Shown piece after piece: positions 20,001 to 30,640 of a DNA stretch of 64,000 nt (within the stretch, counting starts at the first letter, position 1; every line of letters begins with the position of its first letter). Origin of the DNA: an uncultured Clostridia bacterium (GTDB lineage: Bacteria; Bacillota; Clostridia; Oscillospirales; Acutalibacteraceae); assembly GCA_937916195.1 (NCBI GenBank), contig CALFTO010000008.1, positions 4,906-68,905 of the forward strand, given 5' to 3'. A program made the translations under genes and the position numbers. The notes beneath the pieces are model-generated. The model was given only the letters and a program-made list of their open reading frames with translations, made no database searches and was not told the origin of the DNA.

Positions 20001-23000
20001 ATGTCATTTGTCCACTTACATGTGCATACAGAATATAGCTTGCTTGACGGTGTCTGCCGTCTTGACAGGCTTTGTTCTGTTGCAAAAGAACGTGGACAAA
20101 ATGCAATTGCAATTACCGACCACGGCAATCTTTTTGGTGCAGTAGATTTTTACAAAGCGGCACAAAAAACAGGTGTAAAGCCAATTATAGGCTGTGAGGT
20201 TTATGTTGCGGCGCGTTCTCGCTTTGATAAGGTTCACGGCATAGATTCTGAGCGTCATCACCTTGTTTTGCTTTGTAAAAATGAAACAGGATATAAAAAT
20301 CTTACTAAAATGGTTTCAGCGGCTTGGGTTGATGGCTTTTATACAAAACCACGTGTTGACCGCGAGCTTTTAGAAAAGCATCATGAGGGCTTAATTGCAC
20401 TTTCTGCTTGTCTTGCAGGCGAAATACCGAAAGCAATTTCTAATGGGGATATACACCGCGCAAAACAAACAGCCCTGTGGTATGAATCTGTATTCGGTAA
20501 GGGCAATTATTATCTTGAAATGCAAAATCACGGCATAAATGAGCAAGCCCGCGTCAATGAAGGGCTTATGCGTATTTCCAAGGAAACAGGAATACCATTA
20601 GTTGCAACAAATGATGTGCATTATATTGACCGTGAAGATGCAAAGACACAGAAAATACTTATTTGTGTTGCTACAAACCACACAATAGACGAAGAAAATT
20701 CTCTTGAATTTGAAAGTGATAATTTTTATCTTAAAACAGAAGACGAAATGCGTTCGCTTTTTCCGTATGCTTGCGAAGCAGTTGAAAATACACAGAAAAT
20801 TGCAGATATGTGTAATTTCGATTTTGAATTCGGTAACACAAAATTACCTAATTTCAAAGTTCCCGACGGTCAGTCTCATTATGATTATTTCAGAGCAAAA
20901 TGCTATGAGGGTTTGAAAATTCGCTATGGTGCAAATCCTCAACAAGAATATATTGACCGTCTTGAATATGAACTTTCAGTTATCAATGATATGGGATATG
21001 TCGACTATTTCCTTATCGTTGCTGACTTTATTCAGTATGCACGTGATAATGGTATTCCCGTAGGCCCCGGTAGAGGCTCTGGCGCGGGAAGTATCTGTGC
21101 GTATTGTATGGGTATTACAAATATTGACCCTATAAAATATAATCTTATTTTTGAGCGTTTTTTAAATCCCGAAAGAGTTAGTATGCCCGATATTGACGTG
21201 GATTTCTGCTATGAACGACGTCAGGAAGTAATTGATTATGTTATCGACAAATACGGTGCAGACCATGTTTCGCAGATTGTAACCTTTGGTACAATGAAAG
21301 CCCGTGCGGCACTTCGTGACGTGGGCAGGGCAATGGGACTTTCTTATGCAACAGTTGATAATGTGGCAAAGAAAATTCCGCGTGTATTGGGAATTACGAT
21401 TGAAGACGCTCTTAAAGAAAGTGACGAGTTAAAAGAACTTTATAACAGTGACGATAAAATTAAAGAGCTTATTGACACCGCCAAAAGTGTTGAGGGAATG
21501 CCACGAAATTCGTCAACTCATGCGGCAGGTATTGTTATTACCGACCGTCCCGTAAGTGACTATGTTCCGCTTGCACGAAATGACGAGTCAATTGTAACTC
21601 AATTTACAATGACAACAATTGAGGAGCTGGGACTTCTCAAAATGGACTTTTTGGGACTTCGCACACTTACGGTTATCAACGACTGTGTTAAAACAGTAAA
21701 AAGAAAAAATCCCGATTTTGATATTGAAAAAATTTCATATGATGACCCCAAGGTTTACTCTCTCTTTACAGCAGGGCAGACCGACGGTGTGTTCCAATGT
21801 GAATCAAACGGTATGAGAAGCGTATTTATGCGCCTTAAGCCCACGAGTCTTGAGGATATTATTGCGGTTATTTCTCTTTATCGCCCAGGCCCTATGGATT
21901 CAATCGACAGTTACATCGAAAATCGTCATAATCCTGACAGAATTAAATATAAAACACCTATGCTTCGTGATATTCTTGATGTTACTTATGGCTGTATGGT
22001 TTATCAGGAGCAGGTTATGCAGATTTTCCGTTCACTTGCAGGATATTCTCTCGGCAGAGCGGATATTGTTCGCCGTGCAATGTCAAAGAAAAAGCATAAG
22101 GTGCTTGAAGCTGAACGTACATTTTTTTGCGATGGCTGTGCAAAAAACGGCATTTCACAAAATATTGCTAATGAAATTTTTGACGATATGTCATCGTTTG
22201 CTTCATATGCCTTTAACAAATCTCACGCGGCGGCATATGCTGTTGTAGCATATAAAACTGCATATTTAAAATGCTATTATCCTTGTGAATTTATGGCGGC
22301 ATTACTGACAAGTGTGCTTGACGATGCGGGCAAGGTTGCCGATTACATTGAAGATTGCAAGCGTAACGGCATTACAATTCTTTCACCGAATGTAAATTAT
22401 AGTTATAAAACCTTTGCACCAAATGTAAAAGGCGATAAAACTATAATGTTCGGCTTGCTTGCCATTAAAAATCTCGGTCATGATTTTATTGACACAATAA
22501 TCAATGAACGAAAGCTTAATGGCGAATACACTTCATTCTATTCATTCTGTAAGCGTGTTCACGGCAAAGGCTTTAACCGTAGAGCAGTTGAAAGTCTCAT
22601 TAAAAGTGGTGCTTTGGATAATTTAGGAAGCAATCGTCACGAAATGCTTAACAATCTTCCGTTCATTATTGATGAGCTTGACGATAGTCGTCGCAGAAAT
22701 CTTGATGGTCAAATTGGATTTTTCGATTTGATGCAGGATAATGCACAAAGTGAATATGTTATGAAGCCAATTGCAGAATTTAAAACCAATGAATTGCTTG
22801 CAATGGAAAAAGAAACAACGGGCCTTTATATTTCTGCACATCCTATGAAAGAATATGCAGAACTTATTGCAAAGCTGAAATGCGATAAAATCAGTGATAT
22901 CATAAGTGCTGACGAATATGACGATAAATACGGTGACTCTGCCTCTGTCAAAGTGATGGGTATTGTAAACGGAATTACAAGAAAACAGACAAAGAGTGGC

Positions 23001-23432
23001 GAAACAATGGCGTTTGTAACTCTTGAAGATGTTTCGGGCTCAATTGAAGTGATTGTTTTTCCAAAGCTTTTCGCAAGATACGCCAATACTTTCAATAATG
23101 GTGTGGCGGTATTTGTCGGCGGCAGACTTTCTGTACGTGAAGAAGAAAAGCCAAAGCTTATTCTTGATTTTGCAGAAACTGCCGAAAGCGTTAAAGATAA
23201 ACAGACTCGTAAGGTCGGCCTGTTTGTGCGCGTTGACAATAATCAGAGTAAATTGTATTTTGAATGTGCAAAATATATAGAAGACAATTCACAAGCAGGG
23301 GATATACCACTTTATTTTTATTTTGCAGACAGCAAAAAGTATTTTCCGACTAAAAAGATTTCTGTTGATGACAATTTAATTGCCGGGCTTAAAAACATTG
23401 CAGGCGAACAAAATGTAATATTACAAAAATAG
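20001..23432 (+). CDS. dnaE: DNA polymerase III alpha subunit
   Basis: PHP domain FVHLHVHTEYSLLDG, palm GPGRGSGAGS...PDIDVDF, OB fold near the C-terminus. 1143 aa. Confidence 0.97.
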   Translation: MSFVHLHVHTEYSLLDGVCRLDRLCSVAKERGQNAIAITDHGNLFGAVDFYKAAQKTGVKPIIGCEVYVAARSRFDKVHGIDSERHHLVLLCKNETGYKNLTKMVSAAWVDGFYTKPRVDRELLEKHHEGLIALSACLAGEIPKAISNGDIHRAKQTALWYESVFGKGNYYLEMQNHGINEQARVNEGLMRISKETGIPLVATNDVHYIDREDAKTQKILICVATNHTIDEENSLEFESDNFYLKTEDEMRSLFPYACEAVENTQKIADMCNFDFEFGNTKLPNFKVPDGQSHYDYFRAKCYEGLKIRYGANPQQEYIDRLEYELSVINDMGYVDYFLIVADFIQYARDNGIPVGPGRGSGAGSICAYCMGITNIDPIKYNLIFERFLNPERVSMPDIDVDFCYERRQEVIDYVIDKYGADHVSQIVTFGTMKARAALRDVGRAMGLSYATVDNVAKKIPRVLGITIEDALKESDELKELYNSDDKIKELIDTAKSVEGMPRNSSTHAAGIVITDRPVSDYVPLARNDESIVTQFTMTTIEELGLLKMDFLGLRTLTVINDCVKTVKRKNPDFDIEKISYDDPKVYSLFTAGQTDGVFQCESNGMRSVFMRLKPTSLEDIIAVISLYRPGPMDSIDSYIENRHNPDRIKYKTPMLRDILDVTYGCMVYQEQVMQIFRSLAGYSLGRADIVRRAMSKKKHKVLEAERTFFCDGCAKNGISQNIANEIFDDMSSFASYAFNKSHAAAYAVVAYKTAYLKCYYPCEFMAALLTSVLDDAGKVADYIEDCKRNGITILSPNVNYSYKTFAPNVKGDKTIMFGLLAIKNLGHDFIDTIINERKLNGEYTSFYSFCKRVHGKGFNRRAVESLIKSGALDNLGSNRHEMLNNLPFIIDELDDSRRRNLDGQIGFFDLMQDNAQSEYVMKPIAEFKTNELLAMEKETTGLYISAHPMKEYAELIAKLKCDKISDIISADEYDDKYGDSASVKVMGIVNGITRKQTKSGETMAFVTLEDVSGSIEVIVFPKLFARYANTFNNGVAVFVGGRLSVREEEKPKLILDFAETAESVKDKQTRKVGLFVRVDNNQSKLYFECAKYIEDNSQAGDIPLYFYFADSKKYFPTKKISVDDNLIAGLKNIAGEQNVILQK

Positions 23433-23522
23433 TCAATATATGACTTGCATTTTGCGGGTTATTGTGTTATCATATAGACTCAATGTGGTAATATTTAGCA
23501 AAAAGTCTAAAGGGTGATAAAT

Positions 23523-24485
23523 ATGAAAACTATAGGTGTTCTTACAAGTGGCGGCGACGCTCCCGGTATGAACGCGGCTGTGCGTTCAGTTGTTCGTGCA
23601 GGTTGTGAAAACGGATTTCGCGTGATGGGTATAAGACGTGGTTACAATGGTCTTATGCAGGGCGATATGTACGAAATGAATCTTCGTAGCGTTTCCAATA
23701 TCATTAATCGCGGTGGTACAGTGCTCTATTCTGCAAGAAGCCCCGAGTTTAAAACTGAAGAAGGTCTTCAGAAGGCTCTCAATGTTGCAAAAGAGGTTGG
23801 CCTTGACGGTGTAGTTGTTATCGGCGGTGACGGTTCGTTCAGAGGTGCTCGCGATTTGTCACTTCGCGGACTTCCTTGTGTTGGTGTTCCCGGTACAATC
23901 GACAACGATATCGCTTGCAGTGAATATACAATCGGTTATGACACTGCAATGAATACAGTTCTTGAAATGGCTGACAGACTTCGCGATACTTCAGAGTCAC
24001 ACGACCGTTGCTCAGTTATTGAGGTTATGGGTCGCCGTGCAGGTTATATTGCTCTTAATGCAGGTATTGCTTGTGGTGCTACTACAATCCTTATTCCTGA
24101 GGTTGAGTATGACTTCCAGCGCGATGTTATTGACAGAATGATTAGAACACAGAAGACCGGTAAAAAGCACTTTATCATTATTGTTGCTGAAGGTGTTGGC
24201 GGCGTTGAAGAAATGGCAAAGCGCATTGAGGCTGAAACAGGCGTTGAGACAAGAGCAACAGTTCTTGGCCACGTTCAGCGTGGTGGTCATCCCACAGTAC
24301 GCGACAGAGTAACAGCAAGCCTTATGGGTTACAAGGCTGTTGAGCTTCTTAAAGAGGGTATCGGCAACCGTGTTATCGCTATGCAGCACGATAATATTGT
24401 TGATTTCGACATTTTCGAAGCTCTCAATATGACAAAGTCTCTTGACCTTGAGCTTTACAAGATTGCTCACGAAATCTCTATCTAA
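23523..24485 (+). CDS. pfkA: ATP-dependent 6-phosphofructokinase
   Basis: IGVLTSGGDAPGMNAA...IGGDGS...PGTIDNDI...MGRRAG...GHVQRGG. ATG 23523 preferred over the track GTG at 23514. Confidence 0.95.
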   Translation: MKTIGVLTSGGDAPGMNAAVRSVVRAGCENGFRVMGIRRGYNGLMQGDMYEMNLRSVSNIINRGGTVLYSARSPEFKTEEGLQKALNVAKEVGLDGVVVIGGDGSFRGARDLSLRGLPCVGVPGTIDNDIACSEYTIGYDTAMNTVLEMADRLRDTSESHDRCSVIEVMGRRAGYIALNAGIACGATTILIPEVEYDFQRDVIDRMIRTQKTGKKHFIIIVAEGVGGVEEMAKRIEAETGVETRATVLGHVQRGGHPTVRDRVTASLMGYKAVELLKEGIGNRVIAMQHDNIVDFDIFEALNMTKSLDLELYKIAHEISI

Positions 24486-24982
24486 TGATGTCGAATATAA
24501 TCCTTATTGGTATGCCCGGTTGTGGCAAAAGCACAGTCGGTGTTATACTCGCAAAGACTTTGGGTATTGGCTTTGTAGATACAGATTTGATTATTCAGCA
24601 GCGTGAAAAACGTCTTTTGCAAAATATAATTGATACTGACGGTATTGAAGCATTTCTTGATTGCGAAGCAGAAGCAGTTAAATCACTTGAATGTGAAAAC
24701 TGCGTTATCGCAACAGGCGGTAGTGTGATTTTTCGTGAAGATGCCATTGAGCATTTGAAAAAAGATGGTAAAATCTTTTATCTCAATGTACCGCTTGAAG
24801 AAATCAAAAAGCGTCTTGATAATATCAGTACTCGCGGTGTTGCGGCTTCAAAAGAACAGACAATTGACGATATTTTCAGCGAGCGTTCACCACTTTATGA
24901 AAAATATGCTGATTATATTCTTGATTTAGATGGTTGTTCTGCTGAACAAACAGTTGAAAAAATTTCAAAATTTTATAAATAA
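24485..24982 (+). CDS. aroK: shikimate kinase
   Basis: ILIGMPGCGKSTVG Walker A, FVDTDLII, GGSV motifs. Confidence 0.9.
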   Translation: MMSNIILIGMPGCGKSTVGVILAKTLGIGFVDTDLIIQQREKRLLQNIIDTDGIEAFLDCEAEAVKSLECENCVIATGGSVIFREDAIEHLKKDGKIFYLNVPLEEIKKRLDNISTRGVAASKEQTIDDIFSERSPLYEKYADYILDLDGCSAEQTVEKISKFYK

Positions 24983-25000
24983 AAAAATGTATAAATGATG

Positions 25001-25053
25001 CGCCTTACGGTAATTTCTTTTAAAGAGAAATTTAGCCGTAAGGCGATTTTTTT
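25001..25053 (+). terminator. rho-independent terminator after aroK
   Basis: CGCCTTACGG (25001-25010) pairs with CCGTAAGGCG (25036-25045), with an inner AATTTCT/AGAAATT helix, then an 8-T run. Confidence 0.75.
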
Positions 25054-25121
25054 ACCTCAAATAATATTCCTCGGATGAGGCAAATTATTATTGCGACATA
25101 AAGTCGCACGGAGGTGAGCGT

Positions 25122-26357
25122 TTGTGTAATTTTTTTAAAACTCTTTCTGCAATCTGCACTGCGTTGTGCGTAATTATTTTTTCTTTGGTCTATTTGGGAC
25201 AAAAAAATATACCAGATAAAATAACAACAATCGAAAATTCAATCTATGAATTTAAAAGCATTTTCGGTATTTCATTGTTTCGTTTAAATTGTGAAAACGA
25301 AAAAGGAGTCGCATCGGGGACTGCCCGAGCTTCACATAATGAAGCTGAAATTGACCTTTTAAATATTATTCCCGTAAAAACTGCTGAAATAACCAATTCT
25401 AAAAGAAAATATGTTGTTTTGGGCGGTGAGCTTTTCGGTGTTAAGCTTTATACTGAAGGTGTTCTTGTGGTTGATACTGATTCAGTTGAAACAGAAAACG
25501 GTAATGTTAATCCAGCTGAAAAGGCAGGGCTTAAAGTAGGGGATATTATAAAAAGTGTGAATAATGAAAAAATAACCTCTACCAAATCTCTTGCGCAAAA
25601 AATTGAAAAAAGTAATGGCGAAAAAATGAGCTTTAATATTGTGCGTAATAACAGAACTCTTACAATTGAATTTTCAACCTATAAAGATATAAATACGGGA
25701 AAATATAAAGCAGGACTCTGGGTGCGCGACAGTACGGCAGGTCTTGGAACGGTAACTTTTTATAATTCGGAAGAAGAGTCCTTTGCAGGTCTCGGTCATG
25801 GAATTTACGATGTTGACACCAATGAAATAATGCCTATGAATAGAGGCGAAGTATTTACGGCTTATGTTAATGGAATTTACAAAAGCAGTACGGGCAGTGT
25901 AGGCGAGCTTTGCGGCGTAATAACAGGTAAATCGATAGGGGAGCTTTGTCTTAATAATGAAATGGGAGTTTATGGCTTTACTAAAACTGTTAAAAATGAA
26001 TCAATTCCCGTTGCAGTAAAGCAAGAAGTCACAACAGGTGCAGCAAAAATATACTGTACTCTTGATGACGGCGGAGTAAAAGGCTATGATATTGAAATAA
26101 AAAAGATATATTCTAATTCTGATTCGGTTAATAAAGATATGATAATTGAAGTTACTGACAAAGCATTACTTGAAAAAACAGGCGGAATAGTTCAGGGAAT
26201 GAGCGGCTCACCGATAATACAAAACGGCAAGCTTGTAGGTGCCGTTACGCATGTTTTTGTCAATGACCCCACAAAAGGCTATGCAATTTTTATTGAAAGA
26301 ATGATTGATACAGCAGAAATTATGGCAGAAGAGCAAATCTTGCAGAATGCCGCATAG
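25122..26357 (+). CDS. spoIVB: SpoIVB peptidase (S55, PDZ-containing sporulation signalling protease)
   Basis: PDZ (GLKVGDIIKSVNNEKI), GLGTVTFY...FAGLGHGI, catalytic GMSGSPIIQNGKLVGAVTHVF. TTG start 7 nt after GGAGG. Confidence 0.9.
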   Translation: MCNFFKTLSAICTALCVIIFSLVYLGQKNIPDKITTIENSIYEFKSIFGISLFRLNCENEKGVASGTARASHNEAEIDLLNIIPVKTAEITNSKRKYVVLGGELFGVKLYTEGVLVVDTDSVETENGNVNPAEKAGLKVGDIIKSVNNEKITSTKSLAQKIEKSNGEKMSFNIVRNNRTLTIEFSTYKDINTGKYKAGLWVRDSTAGLGTVTFYNSEEESFAGLGHGIYDVDTNEIMPMNRGEVFTAYVNGIYKSSTGSVGELCGVITGKSIGELCLNNEMGVYGFTKTVKNESIPVAVKQEVTTGAAKIYCTLDDGGVKGYDIEIKKIYSNSDSVNKDMIIEVTDKALLEKTGGIVQGMSGSPIIQNGKLVGAVTHVFVNDPTKGYAIFIERMIDTAEIMAEEQILQNAA

Positions 26358-26452
26358 CAAACGAAATGCTGAATTTTGCTAAAGCTTGGGCAAGGTTCGG
26401 CATTTTGTTGTATTAATACTTTAATGTTATAAAATATTTGTTTGTATATGTA

Positions 26453-26482
26453 TTGACTACTTAATGCCATTTGTGGTAAAAT
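26453..26482 (+). promoter_or_regulatory. sigma-A-type promoter of the surface-module operon
   Basis: -35 TTGACT (26453-26458), 18-bp spacer, TGgTAAAAT (TAAAAT at 26477-26482). Confidence 0.45.
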
Positions 26483-26549
26483 ATACTGAATTATAAGGCA
26501 AAATGTGCCCTTATGACAAAATAACTTTGACGGGTAAATAGGAGGAACT

Positions 26550-29360
26550 ATGAAAAAAGTTAAAGAATTATTGGGAAAGATTAAGGCTCTTGACAAAAAG
26601 AAAAAGATTCTCTTAATCGTTCTCTCATGTGTTTTGGTTTTAGCCATTGCAGGCGGTATTGTTGCCGCAGTTGTATTAGGTGGCGGAGAAAGCTTGGGTA
26701 GTGAAACACCGGGCGAAAATACTACATACAGCGTAAGTGTAAAAACTGCCGGTGGTATGGCTTTGTCTGAAATCGATGTTTATATCTACGACAGCAAAAA
26801 GAAAGATAATATGAAAGATATGGGCAAAACCGATGAAAACGGTAAAGTTACCTTTAATCTTCCTAAAAGCAGCAAATATGCAATCGAGCTTTCAGGTGTA
26901 GCAAAAGGCTATGAAGTTGAAGAAAGCTATAAATTCGACGGCGAAAGTGCTGAAATCGTTTTGACTTCTTCAATTATTAAAGGTGAAGATATTTCAACTG
27001 TAACTCTCGGTCTTGGTGATGTAATGTATGACTTCACCGTAATGGCGGCAGATGGCAAAGAAATCACTCTTTCTGATGTTCTTAAAAAGAAAGATTTGGT
27101 AGTGCTTAACTTCTGGTATACAACTTGCTCATGGTGTGTTGAAGAATTCCCACTTATTGAGACTGTTTATCAAGAATATAAAGATAATGTTGAAGTTATC
27201 GCATTAGACCCAATGGACGATATCTCAGCAGTAGAAACATTCCAGAAGCAGTACGGACTTTCATTCCCAATGGCATCTTGTCCTTCTTCTTGGTCAAATA
27301 CTTTTGGAATTCAAGGTTATCCTACAACAATTATGATTGACCGTTACGGTGTAATTTGTCTTGTTGAGTCAGGTGCAGTTACAAGCAAGAGACCATGGGT
27401 TTCTGCTTTTGACCATTTCACAGCAAAAGATTATGAGCAGAAGCTTTGCGTGAACGGCATTGGCGATTTGGTAACACAGATTAAGCCAAATGTTGAAATG
27501 CCAAAATCTGAAAAGATTGCAGAATTAATCAATAAAGGCACCATCAATGTAACATATCGTCCTGAAACTGAAGATGAAAATGCAGAGTATATTTGGCCAT
27601 TTATTGAAGGCGAAAAGCTTGGTCAGTCCTGTATTTATGCTTCAAACAAGGGCATTGATGATTCATATGCAATTATGTATGCCGACGTTGAGCTTAAAAA
27701 AGGTCAGGCGCTTGGTTTCGATTATTTAATTTCCTCTGAACACCTTTGTGATATTTTATATGTAATTGTAAATGACGAAGATATTTTCCAGATTTCTGGT
27801 GTATCTGATAAAGAAAAATGGCAGTCATGCTATCCCGTTGTTGCAGATGAAGACGGCACTTATGAGGTTGCACTGTGCTTTATGAAAGATAGTGACGGCT
27901 CAGCAGGTGATGACACCGTATACATTGACAATATGCGTGTTGTAAATGAAAAAGATATTGACGTTGCAACATATCTTCCTCGTCAGGCTGCCGTAACAAA
28001 AGATGATGGCGATACATATTCATATGTTGATGTCGTTTACAACGAAAAAGACGGTTATTATCATGTTGGTTCTGCTAATGGTCCGCTTCTTCTTGCAGAT
28101 TTGATGAACTATACACAGTTCAATGAAGAAGAGTCACTTCATGACATTGTTTATGCAGGCGATGCAGATAAAGACGGCATAAGTCTTTATGATTATGAAA
28201 AAGACGGCGGTAAGGGAATGGTTAATTATTTCTCTTACGCTTCAAACTCAACTATAAGTGGTACTTGTACAGTTACTAAAGAACTGGCTGAAATGCTCAA
28301 ACAGGTTGCAGAAGTTGCAGGCTTTGAAGATGATGCAAACGAGTGGCTCAAGATTTGTAAGTACTATCAAGCTTACGGTAAGGGTGCAAAACAACTTGAA
28401 GACCCCATTAAAGGTCTTGCAACATTCTCAGCATACACGACAAAGCTTGGTAAAAATGTTTCAACAAACTATTTCTATTATGACAGAGCAATTATTCCAA
28501 GAGGTCTCTTTTCTGAATTCAAGCCTACAAAGTCCGGTGTTTATCGTTTCACTTCAAAGAGTGATTATGAAGAGGGTATTGATGCTTGGATTTTCAACGA
28601 AAAGGGCGAAGTAATCTATACATACGAGCACGACGAAAGAATGTACACTGATACAATCAACTGCTCAATGGTTTATTATATGGAAGCAGGCAAGTCATAT
28701 TATATCAATATGGCATTCTGGGATATTTACGCAACGGGTACAATTAAGTATGATGTTGAATATCTTGGCTCATCATATAAGCTTTTCCGTGCTTGTGCAC
28801 CCGGTTATTTCACTTATGACAGCGATGCTACAGGCGACGTAATGTATGATATCATTTCCGGTGGTATTAAGCCCGTACTTAAAAATGGTAAATATTATGA
28901 ATCTGAGTACAATAGCTTAATTTATGCTGACTTTACAGGTCTTACAAGCATTTTTGACCGTTCAATCATTGAAATGATTGAAATGGGTGGCTTTGATTTC
29001 AGTAAGTCTGAAACTGACGGCGAAATTCTTGCATATATGGCACAGAATGACAATGATGTAGAAAAGACCGATGCATACCTCAAGAAGCTTTGGGGTGAAG
29101 ATTATGATGCAAATGCAGAAATTTATCAGCTTGACGATATTTATGCAGGTCGTTACCACGGCGACGGTCCTGATTTGACAGCTGAAATGCGTGCATATGC
29201 AAAGAAAATTGATAAATCAGGCACAGAAAAAGACGGTTGTGTTGTAGTTGACGAAAGACTTGCAGAAATTCTTCAGCTTCTTATGGATAAATACACATTT
29301 GAAGGCGTAGATAATTCTTGGATTAAGCTTTGCTATTACTACGACAATTTAAGCAAATAA
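26550..29360 (+). CDS. P1: signal-anchored 936-aa surface protein (Ig-like module + TlpA/ResA-like thioredoxin (CSWC) + jelly-roll-like domain + two DGYYH/CYY-type modules flanking a PPC-like beta-sandwich)
   Basis: TM at ILLIVLSCVLVLAIAGGIVAAVVL. Ig-like YSVSVKTAGG...TDENGKVTFNL...GYEV. Redoxin LVVLNFWYTTCSWCVEEFP...GYPTTIMIDRYG. Also FDYLISSE...CFMKDSDGSAGDDTVYIDNMRVV, DGYYHVGSANGPLLL...WLKICKYY, and terminal WIKLCYYYD. Confidence 0.8.
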   Translation: MKKVKELLGKIKALDKKKKILLIVLSCVLVLAIAGGIVAAVVLGGGESLGSETPGENTTYSVSVKTAGGMALSEIDVYIYDSKKKDNMKDMGKTDENGKVTFNLPKSSKYAIELSGVAKGYEVEESYKFDGESAEIVLTSSIIKGEDISTVTLGLGDVMYDFTVMAADGKEITLSDVLKKKDLVVLNFWYTTCSWCVEEFPLIETVYQEYKDNVEVIALDPMDDISAVETFQKQYGLSFPMASCPSSWSNTFGIQGYPTTIMIDRYGVICLVESGAVTSKRPWVSAFDHFTAKDYEQKLCVNGIGDLVTQIKPNVEMPKSEKIAELINKGTINVTYRPETEDENAEYIWPFIEGEKLGQSCIYASNKGIDDSYAIMYADVELKKGQALGFDYLISSEHLCDILYVIVNDEDIFQISGVSDKEKWQSCYPVVADEDGTYEVALCFMKDSDGSAGDDTVYIDNMRVVNEKDIDVATYLPRQAAVTKDDGDTYSYVDVVYNEKDGYYHVGSANGPLLLADLMNYTQFNEEESLHDIVYAGDADKDGISLYDYEKDGGKGMVNYFSYASNSTISGTCTVTKELAEMLKQVAEVAGFEDDANEWLKICKYYQAYGKGAKQLEDPIKGLATFSAYTTKLGKNVSTNYFYYDRAIIPRGLFSEFKPTKSGVYRFTSKSDYEEGIDAWIFNEKGEVIYTYEHDERMYTDTINCSMVYYMEAGKSYYINMAFWDIYATGTIKYDVEYLGSSYKLFRACAPGYFTYDSDATGDVMYDIISGGIKPVLKNGKYYESEYNSLIYADFTGLTSIFDRSIIEMIEMGGFDFSKSETDGEILAYMAQNDNDVEKTDAYLKKLWGEDYDANAEIYQLDDIYAGRYHGDGPDLTAEMRAYAKKIDKSGTEKDGCVVVDERLAEILQLLMDKYTFEGVDNSWIKLCYYYDNLSK

Positions 29361-29399
29361 TTTTTAACTCTTTAATTTATTGAAAAGGAGTTTGAAAAA

Positions 29400-30629
29400 A
29401 TGAAAAAAATTAAAGGCGTTGTTGCTATTATTCTTGTAGTATGTATGCTTGCTACTCTTACTGCTTGTGGTGGTAACAAAACATATAAGGTTGCCGTTAA
29501 AGACGCACTTGGCAATCCTTACACATCTGGCGTAGTTGTTAACTTTATGCAGAATGGCGAAAAAGTTGGTATGCAGGCTTGTGACGAAAACGGAGTAGCA
29601 ACCAAAAAGCTTCCTAAAGGCGAATATACAGTTTCACTGTCATTTACTGACAGTGAAACAGAGTATTATTATGATGAGAATACAAAAGTAACTGCAAGTG
29701 AAAACGAAATTGATTTGGTTTTGGCTTACAAAACCTCTGAAGAGCCCACAATTCTCTATGTTGGTTCAGAAGAGCTTGAGGCCTATGCAGTTTCAGTAGG
29801 TTGTACTTATGTTGAACTTTCAAATGAGCACAGAAATTATTTTCTTTTCACACCTAAAGAAGCAGGTAATTATGAATTCTCTGTAATCGGTGATGTAAAA
29901 ACTGAAATCGGTTATTACGGCGCACCTCATTTTGTTCAGAGCAATAATGTTGCAGAGGTAGTTAACAACAAGTTTACTGTTTCTGTAAGCGCAAGTATGA
30001 TTGGCACAGGCGATAGTGGTACTTCAACTTATGTTATCGGTATCGACGCACTTGATGCTGATTCAAAGAATTGCGTTCTTGCAATTAATCGTCTTGGTGA
30101 TGCAATTAAAACTCTCGCTGACGAGCCATGGACAATCTACCAGAAAACTGTTGACCTTACTGAATACACGTTGCCCGCAGGTGCACAGATTAAAGAATTT
30201 GACTTGACTGCATCAACAGATACATATAAATTTGTATTTAACGAGAATGATGGCTTCTATCATCTTAATTCTGCAAATGGTCCTTTGGTGCTTGTTCGTC
30301 TTGCTGAGGATTGTGATTATATTGCTTGTTTTGAGACAATGCTCGACCGTTCAGGCGTTACAAAGTATTTCTTTGATGAGAACGATGAGTTTGTCAAGAA
30401 AGAAAGCTATTCAGAATGTCTTCTCGAATATATCGAATATGTTGACGAAGCAGAGGGTGTTTATCCTCTTACTGAAGACCTCAAATATATCATTCAGCAG
30501 CGTGGCGGATACGTCGGCTGGTGGGATATTGAAAGCTCAGGCTATATTTTCAAAGACGCAGCTGGTAATAACGATGCAACAATCAACGCAGAAATCGCTT
30601 GGCTCTTGATGTGTTGTTATATTGATTAA
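29400..30629 (+). CDS. P2: lipoprotein (Ig-like module + beta-sandwich + DGYYH...CYY module)
   Basis: Lipobox LATLTAC. YKVAVKDALGNP...CDENGVATKKLPKGEYTV; GNYEFSVIGD; DGFYHLNSANGPLVLV...YPLTEDLKYI...WLLMCCYID. Confidence 0.8.
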   Translation: MKKIKGVVAIILVVCMLATLTACGGNKTYKVAVKDALGNPYTSGVVVNFMQNGEKVGMQACDENGVATKKLPKGEYTVSLSFTDSETEYYYDENTKVTASENEIDLVLAYKTSEEPTILYVGSEELEAYAVSVGCTYVELSNEHRNYFLFTPKEAGNYEFSVIGDVKTEIGYYGAPHFVQSNNVAEVVNNKFTVSVSASMIGTGDSGTSTYVIGIDALDADSKNCVLAINRLGDAIKTLADEPWTIYQKTVDLTEYTLPAGAQIKEFDLTASTDTYKFVFNENDGFYHLNSANGPLVLVRLAEDCDYIACFETMLDRSGVTKYFFDENDEFVKKESYSECLLEYIEYVDEAEGVYPLTEDLKYIIQQRGGYVGWWDIESSGYIFKDAAGNNDATINAEIAWLLMCCYID

Positions 30630-30640
30630 TCTAATGAAGT

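Noticed and set aside
28161-28193. DADKDGISLYD in P1 as a dockerin or EF-hand calcium loop.
   Set aside because: It is a single loop-like motif. Dockerins need two ~22-aa duplicated segments with flanking helices, and those are not present.
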